This document shows positions 27,341 through 41,698 of a stretch of 64,000 bases of DNA, piece by piece. Below the pieces are notes generated by a model. The model was given only the letters and a program-made list of their open reading frames with translations. It did not search any database and was not told the DNA's origin. This DNA comes from Tubulanus polymorphus (taxonomy: Eukaryota > Animalia > Nemertea), in NCBI RefSeq assembly GCF_964204645.1, contig NC_134031.1, forward strand, positions 3,968,001 to 4,032,000. Reading direction: 5' to 3'. The position numbers and the translations under genes were made by a program. How positions within the stretch are numbered: the stretch's first letter is position 1; every line of letters starts with the position of its first letter.

Positions 27341-27418
27341 TCGATCTTCAATGAGAAAGAAACCTTAAATTAAAAAATTGAAAACTAAAATTGTGAAATT
27401 AAAACTTATATAGATAAC

Positions 27419-27547
27419 AGGGTTCGTATTTTAAGTTTGGGGTGAATAGTAGCTCAGAACTCCCAGGTACTAGATATGAAATAGAAAGAAAAGTTATTGG
27501 AATATTGGACGATCTACGCTACCCCCAAACCTCAAATACGAGCCTCT
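27419..27547. mobile_element. Short inverted-repeat element downstream of the astacin stop
   Basis: GGTTCGTATTTTAAGTTTGGGG..GTAGC / GCTACCCCCAAACCTCAAATACGAGCC. Confidence 0.55.
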
Positions 27548-27765
27548 TTCATATAAATATATGGTAAATAAACGGTATTGCAACTTAAAAACGAGTGATG
27601 CAGATTTTCACAAACTTTGTCATTTCAAACTTAAATTTTTTCCGGTTTTTTAGGACTTCATTCATAGCAATGCCTGGTCATGAATATGTTTCGTCGTCGC
27701 AGCGGGATGCGACTATATGTTGGGCATATCTTGTAACACTCGCTGGGAGAGGTAGATCGTTGTGC

Positions 27766-27773
27766 TGACGTCA
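27766..27773. promoter_or_regulatory. Perfect CRE palindrome upstream of the putative Tdc non-coding first exon
   Basis: TGACGTCA; strong donor GGG|GTAAG at ~28025 and an acceptor just before the Tdc ATG. Confidence 0.35.
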
Positions 27774-28449
27774 CATGAGTAGCACTCAATGTCACTGCCA
27801 TGCATCGGTAACTTAACCGAGGAACGCCAACGAATCAAGAAGATGCTTTTGTTCGCGATATGTCATCAAATTTGCCCGTATATTAATAACGAAGATTACC
27901 CATCCCATTTAATGTCCCTAGAAACGGCACGGGTAACTACCGCTTGTCTCTTGCCCTCCACATTCTCGGCAAAGGAACTTTCACATTCGAACAGGGAAAA
28001 TAATTCTGCCTACGCAACATTTGGGGTAAGCTTATTTACACTGCGATGATGCTTTTTGTGTGGTGAAATACCAGATATTTTAGATGCAAATTTCTCGACA
28101 ATCGATTCATTAGAAGATTTTTCGTCCCATAGATTCGCTCAAGAAATTAATTTCATCTGAAAACAATAACGATTTCGATCCAATGTGTAATTCGATTATG
28201 ATTATTAACATTGATATATGCAGTATCAATAAATTGGGAAATTGCATTCATTTTCAAATCGAGAAAATATGTTATATAATTGATATCTAGTTTTCTATGC
28301 ACAAGTCTCATTTTACTATCTAATTATTTTACAAATCAAACGACAATGGTATTTGTGTACGAATTGATTCGTACAACTATTATGGACGTATAAACTAGTT
28401 TAGTTTTTTCCGGGCATTTCTCCGTGTCGTGTGTATTCGATTCGGCCTT

Positions 28450-28780
28450 TGCCAGATTAGACCCTGGCCAATCACTTACACTGTTATCGAATACGGGTGA
28501 ATTTCTGTTTGACACTGGTCAAATTTGGCTCGATAAAAAACATCGAACCACGCCAGTGCCAAATATGGGCACGAGTATCATCACGAATCATTTCGTGTGA
28601 ATACTAAATGGTTCTTGAAGTAACTCACTTCGCTTTCTACATCATAGTCTTGATAGTATTTTAGTACCGGGTAAGTGGTTTGCTTGTGAACGCGCTCTCG
28701 TATTAGCCACTGGTCAAATATGACTTGGGTCTAATCCGGGCAAGTTTGACCCGGGCCAAAATACCTTGTGATCGTGGCTG
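28450..28780. mobile_element. Degenerate MITE; same family as 46819-47102
   Basis: Colinear similarity (CAAATTTGG..AAAACATCG..ACTCACTT.GCTTT..AAGTGGTTT..GCGCTCTC..GTGATCGT.GCT) to 46819-47102. Confidence 0.6.
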
Positions 28781-28812
28781 TGTACTGATATATCTTTTTT
28801 ACGCGAGGTCAG

Positions 28813-31800
28813 ATGAACACCGAGGAATTCAGACAATATGGAAAAGAAATGGTTGATTACATTTGCGACTATATGGAAAATATCCATACGCGACGCGTTA
28901 CACCGGACGTGCAGCCCGGTTACCTACGTCAGATTTTGCCATCACGCGCACCTAAAAAGGGCGAAGATTGGACTGAAATTATGAAAGATGTCGAAAGGGC
29001 CATTATGCCTGGGGTAATAATTTAATTATCAAGCACAACTAATTTTGGTAGCACGAAAAGAACCTTTTAACAGTGACCGTATAAAACATTTGGTGTTCGT
29101 CCTGGGATGTTGATTGGATTGAATTTTTTCTAATAGATAACCCACTGGCAACATCCACGGTTCCACGCTTATTTCCCAGCCGGTAACGCCTACCCGTCAA
29201 TGCTCGGAGATATGCTATCAGACGCTATCGGGTGCGTCGGATTCTCATGGGTAAGTCTGCACGTGGACCAACGTCAACGATACATTTTTTCATCATCAAA
29301 CACTTCAATTGTGGAAATTATTCCCCTTAAGTGATATAGACTTTTATCGTATTCCCATTTTAAAAAAGTTAACCCCGTACTGATAATTGATATATCAATC
29401 ATCGATTGGCCGGTTACCTACTAAATGCGATGGAAAAGTAATGATATATGTATAGCATACTCTTAACAGAAGAGATATTTCCAGTTACCTCTTTGGGGGA
29501 AAGACTAACAGACCAAACGAACTTCCATTCCAGGAATTAGCACTATAAAATGGACGTGGAAATTAGTTAAGATAACTTTGTTCACACCTTTTGAGTTCCA
29601 CGTGGAGTTGAGAGAAGAATATTACATCCTAACAACGTCATCATACGCGTTAATGAGTGTAAGGGAAGGTGGTGCGTGGTTGACGGATTGGTTGATCTCC
29701 GGGCTAAAACCGATCGATCGTCGGCGAATTTGAACCGGCGCAAGTTATTAATTTTGAAGGCTCGGTTTTGTGTTAGTGACAGCGAGGCTACTAGACACGA
29801 TGGCTTATCTTAATTGCATATGGTCGGGTTGAGATAGCAAATCAATTTGAACATCATATGGTGCTATATAATGTCGTGGTTGATACGGGGCGTAAGCCGA
29901 CGCACTTTTGAAAGTCTGATTTCTAGCCTAAGACGCATAACCTCTTCAAAACGAAAATCAATTATGAATACGTAATCATTCATTAAGCATGCAAATTCGC
30001 TAAATGGGATAAGACTCACTGATCATTGGGTAACATTTTTTCAAGGGACAACCATAAGCCATAGTAACAAAAAATGAAAATCATTCCAATCAGTTTATCA
30101 GTTTAGCACCATAATGCAGGTATAATCAGGTATCAGCTCCTAAACGATTTTTGGCATCCACTAATAATCCGAAGATGCGAAGTATGATACATTCAGTTAT
30201 CATATAATCGCAATTATCTTGAGTACAAGTTTTTTTTTCAAATCCTTAAAATATTTTATTATTTATTTATTCAGGTGTGTTGTGATATCTTGCGTGGGTG
30301 GTTTCCTGGCCCCGACGCCTCCCTATAGCATACGAAAAGTCGTGATATCCCCCGTTGGTATAGTGACGTTTGCAAATCTGATTGCATGCACGTCATCCAC
30401 GCGCAAATCTACAGTTATTTATAAGCGTCGTTATAAAACTGTGTAAAAAAGATCGGCGACGGCCCCTGATATTAAATCATTAATAATCGTCTGGAATGTT
30501 CCTCCCAAAATGAGAATGAGTAGAAGAGCAAGATTTAATATCTTTCGCGGAAAGGAATGTCTGTGTGAAACAAAGCTCCGCGAAGAACTGCAATTATCTG
30601 AAGACCAAAGGCTCGACATTCCTATGTAAAACATGTTTATTAATTTTCTTAATCTAGCTCGTGCAAGAATCAGTTGGGGAGCAAATTGAACGACGAAGCT
30701 TGAATACTGTCATCACGACTTTTAACTATTCTATTTGGCACACGCATTCATTTACAGTAGTTTGTATATTTATATATATATATATATCTACGTTCAAATT
30801 GTTTCCTATAATGATTTAATTTCAGGCAGCAAGTCCCGCATGTACGGAACTGGAATGTCTCGTGTTAGACTGGTTGGGTAAATATGTACAAAATCATGAT
30901 GACAATACAAAATTTCCACGGGTTATCAGGATTCGTTTGTGGTGAAAGTGGTACAAATTTGATTAATAAAAGACCATCTCTTGTTGTGGAAATTCTCTAA
31001 AATTTAATATATATAGCGGCCATATATATATATAGGATCATTTTTTGGGTTTTGGCCGAAAGATCATATGAACTTAAACGATTAGATAGCTTAATCAGAT
31101 GCCACGATTATGTTTAGATCCCGTTTAGAGATCCCGTCTTATTTTTTTCACTAATGAATGAAATTTCTATTTGTAGGCAAGATGATTTGCCTCCCGCCGA
31201 TGTTCCTCCACGAAAACGGCGTCGGTGGTGGTGTCATTCAGGTAAAGTGTTCGTGAGTCGTCGATAGTCTTAGCGCAGGAAATCATAAAGGAATATCAAT
31301 GCAAACCAAAACGGATTGGGAATGCTCCACAAATAGTTAGTCGTCCTTTCCCACAATCCAAATCATCTTATCTTTCAAGATGTTAGGACTTATGTCAGGG
31401 TTTAATGTGTTGGTATTACGATTTTTCCTTTGGGTAGCGTCTTTTAACCAGTCCGTGAAATTTTTAAGTTCGCATTTTCTTATTTAGAATTCGCCAAACG
31501 GTCTACGGAATTGTACAGCTATCTCTATTGCTATTTCAGGGATCTGCAAGTGATTGTGTTTTACTTGCTCTACTGGCGGCTAGACACGCAGCTTTGAAGA
31601 ACCTAAACAACCAATACCCGTTCGTCGACGATGGCATACTTCTCTCAAAACTGGTGGCATACTGTTCAGTTTTAGTAGGTTTTATTTCTCAAGATGCAGT
31701 TCGCATGCAATTTTCGTAGTCGCCCTTATCGCATCAGTCAGTTCATTGCGAGGTTAATTTACGTGTTCACATTTGACTGACTAAGGCGTTGGCCATTTAC

Positions 31801-34800
31801 CCTCGAAAAGTATCAGCGGCCCTTCCAACGTGACCCATACCACGTCAAATAATTTTTGTATTTGAAATAGAAGTATTTTGGCTATTGCAGGCACATTCGT
31901 GTGTTGAGAAAGCCGGCATGATAGGTCTGGTGAAAATGAGACAATTGGATACCGATGACAACTATTCATTAAGAGGACATCGACTTGTTAGAGCAATAGA
32001 GGTCGGTGTTTCTAACTTACGAATCAACTATTTTCAGAATTTAGAGAAATTTTCGATATCAAAGTGATTGGTGACATGACGATTTATTTTCTAGGAAGAT
32101 AGAAAATTGGGTTTAATTCCGTTCTTTGTAAGTATACACTAATGACTATAAGAAGTAGCCGAAATGGCCAAACTTTACTGGGAAAATGTTCAATATAAAA
32201 CGTTTCATATTCAGGTGGTCTCAACGATTGGTACAACTGCGTGTTGCTCATTTGACAATCTGGGAGAAATAGGTCCGATATGTATCAAGGAGAATATATG
32301 GTTACACGTTGATGGCGCCTACGCCGGCAGTGCGCTCATTTGTCCAGAATTTCAACCGCTATTGAAAGGAATTGAGGTTCGTGTAATTAAGGCTCATGCG
32401 TCAGAAAATAAGGAATGGAATGGTTTTTCTCGGAGTAATCATTTGTCAAATGATTACTCCGAGGTTTCTGGAAGCATAAAAATAAGACTGTGCTGTACGC
32501 CTTTAGTATCACACTCAAGGAATATTCAAACCCTTCAGCCATGTGTGGCACCACCAGGAAAGGAACACGAACGCAACAGTATTTTGTATATATTCAAAAA
32601 CCGAAAATCTATATCCCCGTAATTCAGTTCTATATTCCAGACTAAATTCTCGCATAGTATGATTTTTACTTCTGGTTATTCATTACATTGACAGAGTTTT
32701 ATCTGCCAAGTTACACGATAAACGTTATTATGGAAGGTAACAATTGAAGGATAGCCTAACTAGATCAGATATGGCCAGTATTTCCCGACAATCCCCAATT
32801 GAGAGTTCTCAATTTCATTCTGCAACTTAATAGACACTGTATTATGTCACCGATTTGGAGAATTTGTATCACTTTAAATCGCTTTATAATCTTACTGATC
32901 ATTTATGTGTTCTTGTGTTCCATCCAGTACGCTAGTTCAATCAATATGAATCCCAACAAATGGCTTTTGACGAACTTCGACTGCTCAGCTTTTTGGTAAG
33001 TTAACCTGACTATGAATAATAATGTAATCAACGTTTGTCAAATGAGATGATTTCAGGAATACTTAGCACTGAAAGTCAAAGTACGCATCATATATTATTA
33101 GCTTATTGTTTTCTATGTATAGGGTAAAGGACCGCGATGCCCTAACCACGGCGTTAACCGTCGATCCACTTTATCTACAACATCATCATGGAGGTAAAAT
33201 ACGTCACAATGCATTTTATCTGAGAACCTTAAACTCGATTATAACATTTGATTTTATTCGCTTCAGAAAGAGCTGTGGATTACAGGGTAGGGATTTTATC
33301 TTTTCTTCCTATCATACGTGATTCAGCCGTTTCAATCGTGTTTTGTCAGTGTGACTGAACCCCACTTTGGATATACAGCTATTATGGCTCTGCTCAGGCT
33401 CATGTCATCTGTATGTGTACCTCATTATAATGTTACTGTAATATTACTGATGGTGACAAATAAACTACTACTATACTAGTGAATCATTATTAACCTCATC
33501 CAGAGCACAGTGTCTTCGGTTTCAATCGAAAGAAATCTTCATGCAAAATTCTAAATTCGTAAATCTTCTCTTTAAGCACTGGGGTATCCCTTTGAGTCGT
33601 CGATTCAGGGCTTTGAAACTATGGTTTGTCATTAGAAACTACGGTGTAGAAGGACTTCAAAATTATATCCGCGAGGTAATTGAAAATATCCGTAATCTTT
33701 CAGCGACAAAAAGAGTATTCACCTGTAAGACAATTGTTGGTATCAATGATTTCAGCACTGTCGATTGGCAAAAAGGTTCGAAGCTTTAGTGCGAACGGAC
33801 AAACGGTTTGAAGTGATCGGTAAAGTTACTATGGGCCTCGTGTGTTTCAGAATTAAGGTATGCTGTTTTCAATATTAAGACATTTATTGTTTTATTATTT
33901 TGATATGACAACCATAACAACCGCTTTGGATAATTTGTCATCAGCCTTATTTGAAATATTCTTAAAAGATGGGGTTTGAGAAATATTTGACGTGTAGGTT
34001 TCACCCTAGTGAAGTATTAAATTTTCATGCACGTTGACTGGCATTCAATGACAACACTAAAACGAATACGATTAGGACGATTGATCCCTCCCTTGCTGTG
34101 GTAGTAGATTAGATATCTACCGCATCGTGGGATGGTCAAGTCGTCCTAGCCTAATACACTAAAGAAAGAGGAATGCCCTCTAAACAATTGATAATCACGC
34201 AGGTTTTGATAGTTTAATGCGATTGAAAGGGTCGATTATGATGTTCTGTTGAAAACTTTATATTTGATCGTTTGGGTACAACAGGACCCGATGAATAGAA
34301 CTGGCATGCATGAAATCCCATTACATATGAATATCTGAAAACAAATAAAGCATTCAGGAATCAAAACGATGCGAAATTTCAGTCGCAAATGGTCTCTAGT
34401 AAGAAACAGAACATTGGACTCCATGGAGTACATGTTTGATGTACAAGTTAATTCTCGTTGGGGAATTTGATAAAGATTCTAATTTTCTAGCTCTATCAGA
34501 AAGTTCATTTTGCCATGATTTCTGTATTGATTACTGGTATAAATGTTCGTTGAAATAAAGAATGCATCTGTTTTCTAGGGGTCAAACAGCATCACTCAAT
34601 GTTTACTGCGGTCTGTAAACGACTCCGGAAAGATTCACGTCGTTCCGGCGCAAGTCAACGATGTTTACTTCATCCGGTTTGCCGTCTGCGCCCAGAAAGC
34701 TACAGACGACGACATCACATTCGCCTGGGACACAATTCGCGAAGAGGCCGACAGCATTATCGACCAAGACTCGTCGGAATTCGAAAAGGGCTCATTGACT

Positions 34801-35088
34801 GAAGCAGACGATAGCGTGTTCAGTCTGTCCGATGATTTCGATCTAAACGGTAAGGATTTCAGTGAGCCGAACAGTCCTGTTATGGAGCCGATACGAGCCT
34901 TACAAGCCACCAGCGAAACAAACATGGCAAAACTCAGACGTCAAGCCTTCCTGAAAATGGTTTCAGACCCTAAATGTTACAACCCAACGGTTCTCAAAAG
35001 GCTGGCTTTCCAAGATAGAAGTCGAAGTTTATCGTATGATTGTATGGGGTATTCTAATCGTGGTCGAGACGCCGGTACTCCTCTATAG
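28813..35088 (+). CDS. Tdc: Tyrosine decarboxylase (PLP-dependent group II decarboxylase, Tdc2-like)
   Basis: [40 protein letters not shown] lysine motif [23 protein letters not shown], and C-terminal [13 protein letters not shown] typical of invertebrate TDC rather than DDC/HDC. Confidence 0.88.
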
Positions 35089-37224
35089 TGTGGGCATTCG
35101 TTTCCACTGACGAGTGCCTTACAACCACAGATATATAAACGAAAATTAAATCATATCGCATATTTTATAGTTGATAGATTCGTAATTGATAGTAATTGAT
35201 GTTAAGATGAGGTTTTGCTTGTTAAATGTTCATTCAGGTTATCATTAACTAATCGTCGTTGTGTGAGGAATTCAAAAATGTCCATTACAGAATGCTGGAA
35301 TCATAGTCACGAAAGAGTAGTTTTTATATCAATCTCACGATACAAACTTTATTTACAAATTATATCCATGTTAGAATGTGTACAGAAAAAAAGTGACGAT
35401 GAAAAAATAAAAGGCGTATCTTCATAACAAACAGATTTTCGTACCTTGTTTTTTCAGGTTCGTCTTTAAAATTCTACCAGTTCTTCTTGCACCCCAAGTA
35501 TGCCTGGTGCGTCAACAACCGCGCAAGAATTCCTATCAAACGAAAGAAGCCCAGTATAAAGGAGGAAAAACTATACAAAGAAAGCTAGGCCGTTATCATA
35601 GTTGTCCACTGTTCGGGGTGCGTTTGGAATTTGTCTAGGCTCACACCTGCCACTCCATAATGTACAGAAATCTTCATCAGTATTATACAGATTATCACGG
35701 TACTGAGAAGCTGAGCATATAATTCTTGTTTTGGTCGAAATATCAAATTCATTGACAAAAACAAAATGGACATTAACACGTATACCAAATACTTAGAAAT
35801 TACGAACAACACTCTCAAAGAAATATCAGTCAACCAAAAGCTTATCGAAGACTCAAAAACTGACTCGTTCTTGTTACTTATTCTTTGTCCAGATGCATCG
35901 TATATTTACAACATGAAAAATTGATTGAAGACGGGGTATACTGTACTTATTGGCAGCAAATAGAAGTGGAAGCTTTAGTTCTCAATTGTTTAATCACCAA
36001 GGCGTGGAAATTTCTGACTTCAAAATAGTTGTTCGTTGTTCGTTTAAGTGATATTTGTCTAACTACGCATCTGGTTATATTCTACTAGTCAAATATTATG
36101 GTCGAATGTCACCACACAAATACAAATGTGCATTATTCTATTGTCGTTATTAAAATGGTGAACGAAAAAAACTCGTTTTAGTAGATGCATTCGGGAGCTG
36201 AAATCAATGTTTTTCTTGCGAGTCGACAATCGTACGACCACGAGAGAAATCGGACTAATCGGACGCCGAAAAGAAAATACATTCTACATTTTCTAGAGTA
36301 GTACCAGACATTGTTATACCATCCATCAATAGAAAGAAAAACATTCCACATTTTCATCGATCCGATGAGAAAATTTTGCCTTAATTAGAAATCTCCCCAA
36401 AAAGCCATAAATAAATCCGCTTGAGTCGTAGTTTGGACGATTAATATGTTGACGACTTATTCAAACTGCAGAAAATGAAAATTGCAACTCGAAAATGACA
36501 AGAACGACTTATTAATGATGCGACTCAAGCACGTTTGACTTTATGATTTCGTCATTTAACCTTCGCATTTTTGCTCTTGCTCCATGGAACATTCCTACGT
36601 ACGTTGTGGATGTTATTCAACAGATGTCTTAAATGGTCACGATGACGCAATGTCCCGAGAAGATATCGCACTCACACCTTTATTTGATTGAGATAATAGC
36701 TAAAATAGCAATAACACGTGAATAGGTGGCAATTTGCGAGACGCGCTAATAAAAAGTATCTCATGTTCATAATGTTTCTGTAGTTCCTATTCCGCATGAA
36801 TTCAATGACGATGAACGCAATTTTAAAGGACATAAATTCAAGCTGATTCCAGATGATTATTGGTTATGATCAGGCAAAAGTGTATTTAAAGCGGCTGATG
36901 TTGAGTTACTACGGAACGGGCAGCCAACTGAAGACAAAGACAGAATATTTTTCTAGGTGGATGGTAAGTGGTATGACTTCGTCGTTATTTTTACAAAAAG
37001 TTGACAACAATTCAGATTTACCTTAAACTTTTCCTTGAAACTTGGCCCCGGACTCAAATCACGCTATTTTAAAATTCTGCCGCGTGAATCAAACCACGTT
37101 CTGATACCATTTTGTCTAAAACAACCAATATAACAACTTTGCATCACTCTAGATACCTCTTTTTAGGCTTTTTATGGTAGAAATTGTTCTATATACGGTG
37201 TTTGTTGCATATTTCCAGTTAACT

Positions 37225-40200
37225 ATGTTCAATATCATTTCGTTGAGTATGCTTCTTGCCTCCGTATCAGGACATGGTAAGTCACATTTTGTGAATGTGA
37301 AAAGTTTGTTGGCTTTGGTAACGAATATCTTAATGACAAACCCTCTTTCAATAACAGCATTCATGCAGCATGGGTGGGGATGGAATCCAATGATGCTACG
37401 GAAGCAACAACCAATGACAAAAGTTGAAAAATGTAGGTTTAGTAATGTGGATGAATTTCTATCTTCATGAAGGAATTGACAGCCATATGAATAATTATTG
37501 ATTAACTTTTTCAGGTTTCATATATGAACGACCTTGTAGACTAAGCACCGGACAGTGGTTCAGCGAAGGTGAAACGTGTTTCTTTGTGGGTCAGGATGCT
37601 AAAACATTTGACGATGCTGCAAGTGCATGTAAAGCTCAGACAGATGACGCCCATCTAGCTATCATAGACAACCCTTTACAAAACAGAGCAATAGCCGGTG
37701 AGTTTTATTTTAAGTCAATGAGTTATCTAAAGTCCATTTGATATGAATAGACAATCAACCTATTTGCACATGTACAATATAAGCCAACTGGCTTTCCCTA
37801 ATTCCTCGCATAATTAATTGGTCTCAGTTTTTCTTGAATTATGTATCGATATGTAAACTTTTATGAAAATGAAAATCATATCATATCGTATCAATCCTTA
37901 GAATGTGTCTATATTCTCTAATCGTTTTCACGATAGCTGCTCTGAGGGCGTTCGGTATTGAATCGGCGATATTCGGATATCATTACCAGGAACAGGATCA
38001 GATATACGCTTATGGTGTAAGCTTACGTTAATTTACAATATTTTTCAATTCCGCTTTTACCTTCCATAACTTAGATAATTTGATCTTAACAATAAAGAAA
38101 GTGCACTGCTTTTACTTGTTTATTCATCAGGAAAATGACTTTACGAACTGGTACGACTCTGAACCTACTGACAGTAAGTACCATACATAACGAAGTAGCA
38201 CCAATTCTTCATATATTCACAGACGTCTTTTCAATGAAGGTGGTGATAAGGGATGCGTGAGAATGTCCGAAGATCGTCCATACAATTGGTACGTTACGAG
38301 CTGCACTAATGTCGGTCCTTATATATGCGAAAGGCCCGGTAAGTCGGATGGGGAATATCACGGATAACGAACACGTTATTCACTGCAAACAAAATAATGT
38401 TCCATGTTCATCCCGTATAAAACCCACATGAATTCAAAAAATATGCGTACATCGGTTTCTTATAATAAATTACGTCTTAACCGCCTAAAACAAAAATCCT
38501 TTGTTTCCCGGTACGAGAATTATCTGTTTTTCCTACACGAGAAAACAGGTTGTTTTAAGTTTAATGTGTAAATTGATGTCGATGAAATAGTTTAATGGAC
38601 TAACAGGACAGAATTTAGAAATTCGTAATAAACAGATTACTGAAGATAGCAACAAAATGTTTGTCTATTTCAGCCACACTCACGGATGCTCAAGGTAAAG
38701 ACATTAAAAATGAATGATATTTTTGTGGAAGGGGAAACATACACGTATTACAAAATCTAGAAGAAAATTGAAAAAGTGAAAAGGGATTATTGTTGTTGGT
38801 TTTACTTTAATATATTTCGAAAGTCTTTAATGGAGGGGGCGGGCGAATCTTCGAATACAATTTAGAAAGTGTAACTTTTGTAAAATAGTGATAGATAGAA
38901 AAATCCATCGTGTCAATCACACAGGAATTAAGACTAATACATGCTATAATGAAAAAATACATGTAACACGAATCGTGAATTCAATGCATTTTGTGTACAC
39001 GATTAGTGACATGCGATGGATGGGAAAGATATGGTAATAAGATGTTGAAGCAATTCAAAGAGGAAGATACACGACAGGATGCATCGGATAAATGTAAAGA
39101 AAACAACGGAAAATTAGCAGAAATACGTAGTTGGGATGAGCAAAAGTTTGTCGCAAGTAAGTTCCGGCAGTCGAAATACGAAAGTCGTAGTCGAAATACG
39201 AAACTGTTTGAATTTGGCAATCAAAATAGACGCTATATTGCGCTTTTGATCTAAAATTCTATTTCGATTTAAGAAGTGTAGTTACTATGCAGCGAATGAG
39301 ATTACTGTTTTCTTTAGAAAATGCATTTAAATAAAGTATTTATGCTAGTAAATCATAATTTTGACACCAGGATGATAGATATAAATGGACCCAAATTTTG
39401 AATGTTAAGCAGAGTCTAGAACAAGCTCTCTGGTGCAGAATGAGAAATATTTTATAAGCTGCAGTGGACAAAACATAAAAGATTGCTGAAATATTGAACG
39501 CTCTATAATAAATTCTTTTAAAATAATAAAGACTTTTACTTGAATCCTACTGGTTGATCTGATACGGAAAGTACATCAAAATGAGTGTTGTTACAGATAT
39601 TAAAAAATCTTATCTCATTTTATTCCATAGAGCTTTTAAGGACAGATAATGATCCCTACATCGGTTATCGTCGAACTGACTACGATTCATCACCGACTCT
39701 GATCTGGAACGTAAGTTTTCAATGGATTATTCTTCTGATACAAAAAGTCGGACCGCAATTTTTGGTATTTTCTTCATACACTTTCCATATCGATTTAGAA
39801 AAACGAATAGAATTTTCCCTTGAAAGATGATAAATTCATAGGCTATGCCCAATTCTTAACTTAGTCATGCTGATTAACACGCTATTATCTTACGTTACGC
39901 TTTTAGTCATTGTTCAAAAACCTTTTATCATATTGATAGATAGCCCAGCTGGCTGCTTTAGGAAAGTTTTCATTCAATTAACTGTTCAAAATGACGTCTT
40001 TTTTATCTTCTGAGTTATACATGTACATGCTTAAGTATACATTATGAAGGCTTATACTTATGAAGGCTAAGTTGGTCGCATATTTTGTACTATGTTTATC
40101 CTAGGAACTGCGGGTCATGCTTGTATCGGTACTCTTTTCTACTAAGCCGTAAAAGACAAAATGTCTATCTTCAGCATTGTGAGAGCTACAGCGGCGTTGT

Positions 40201-40581
40201 CTTGCAGTCGTCTCTTGCGAAAGTGCACAGATTTTGAATGATTTCTCGCAAACTAAGCTTACGATTCAATTCCCACAATTCAACGACCAACTCCCCATAG
40301 CTCATAATCTTCGTTCATTCTTCCATAACGCCAACTGTCAAATTATCACCTACACTGCTTTTATATCATAGATTGTAAATATTTCACAATGTCATTTATT
40401 GATCGTTCTGTTTCATTTGAAGGATAATGATGTCTTTACGAACTGGGGTCCGGGAGGTGAGGTTACCCCTACAGTGGCAGCTGGGGAGAAATACTGCACC
40501 GCTATCAACAACGATGGCAGCTGGAAAGTGGTAGAATGCGCTCAGACCGCTCTTCCATTTATCTGTTCAACGAAAATCTAA
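37225..40581 (+). CDS. Secreted C-type lectin with two CTLDs, copy 1
   Basis: Signal peptide MFNIISLSMLLASVSG; CTLD1 (CFFV..AASAC..AHLAII..NWYDSEPTD..C..W...C....YICERP); 21-nt linker microexon; CTLD2 (CDGWERYG..KLAEIRS..FTNWGPG..C..W..VEC..PFICS). Confidence 0.85.
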
Positions 40582-41036
40582 ACAATTCGTTGGAAACGTG
40601 GATGAATTCTGTGAAATTTTATACGTAATCAGAAATAAAATTCCTTTATTTGAATACAGAAATCTTCTCCAATCGTCGAGGTACACGAATTGTGGATCTG
40701 ACATTTTTGTAAAGGTGTGGTTAATCGGGCATGCAGACATATTCAGCCGTATACTGAAACAAGGATAATGAAGAAAAGAAATATTGCCAAGAGAGTTTAA
40801 TGTGTTCCTTAAAAATGCCATAGCGAATATTTTTGCATAGAAAAAAGAATAGCAATAACAATTTAAAACTTGCGCGCACGTGTTGCCAACTATTTCTATT
40901 GTCGGAATCCGTATCTCCTTGTTAGAATATGTGAATAAACATCAATTTCACGTGTACGAAATGTCGATGATAACAATTTCAGATTGAGAAATATAAATTA
41001 AAGCTGATTTCGCATTCAGTCATCATCTGAAAAAGG

Positions 41037-41047
41037 TATATATAAAG
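41037..41047 (+). promoter_or_regulatory. TATA box of lectin copy 2 (equivalents at ~36883 and 47768-47778)
   Basis: TATATATAAAGCAGCTG is conserved between duplicates and followed by a short non-coding exon ending in a GT donor. Confidence 0.6.
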
Positions 41048-41698
41048 CAGCTGTTCAATTGCTGTAAGAAAAGGCAACTGAAGACAAACATACAATTATT
41101 TTTCTAGGTAAATGATGAGTGGTAGGATTACCTCGTTATATATATGCGAATTTTATTATTTCTTCAACAAGTCATGGAACTCAAAGGTTAGTTTAAGTTG
41201 ACCAGTGGATCACTGACATGGTGACTATCAAAGCTGCATTTATATCATGGTATCTGTGCTAGGTTATTGGAACTTTTGAGGAACTGACCACAGACAACCG
41301 TCCGATAAATGCCGTGGCAACAAGTTTGAATGTCAGTATCAACTGGTTATCTCAAACCAACTTTTGCGCAAGGTACCTGGCGGTCATGAATTAAAGTAAA
41401 TTTACTGGTTCAATTTCAATTGATGATATATAACTGGAAGTACCAAAGTCTGGACGGGCATCACTGTTTTATCACCCTACATGAGTTTATTCCACGCGAA
41501 TTGAAAGTAATGGACTTTTTTATATAAAACATTAGATTTCTGATAGGAATCAGTGTACTGCCATTTTTCCCAAAAATCGCCAATCTACGAACTCAATATA
41601 ATTGCACGATGTCCCGTTTCATAGGTCAACATACACTTCCAAAATTAGCAATTATGCTGTATAGTGTCCCTATCTTGCATATTTACAGCTACGTTACT

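Noticed and set aside
28813-35088. DOPA or histidine decarboxylase assignment
   Set aside because: [17 protein letters not shown] and the MVSDPK tail fit tyrosine decarboxylase better; phylogeny would be decisive.
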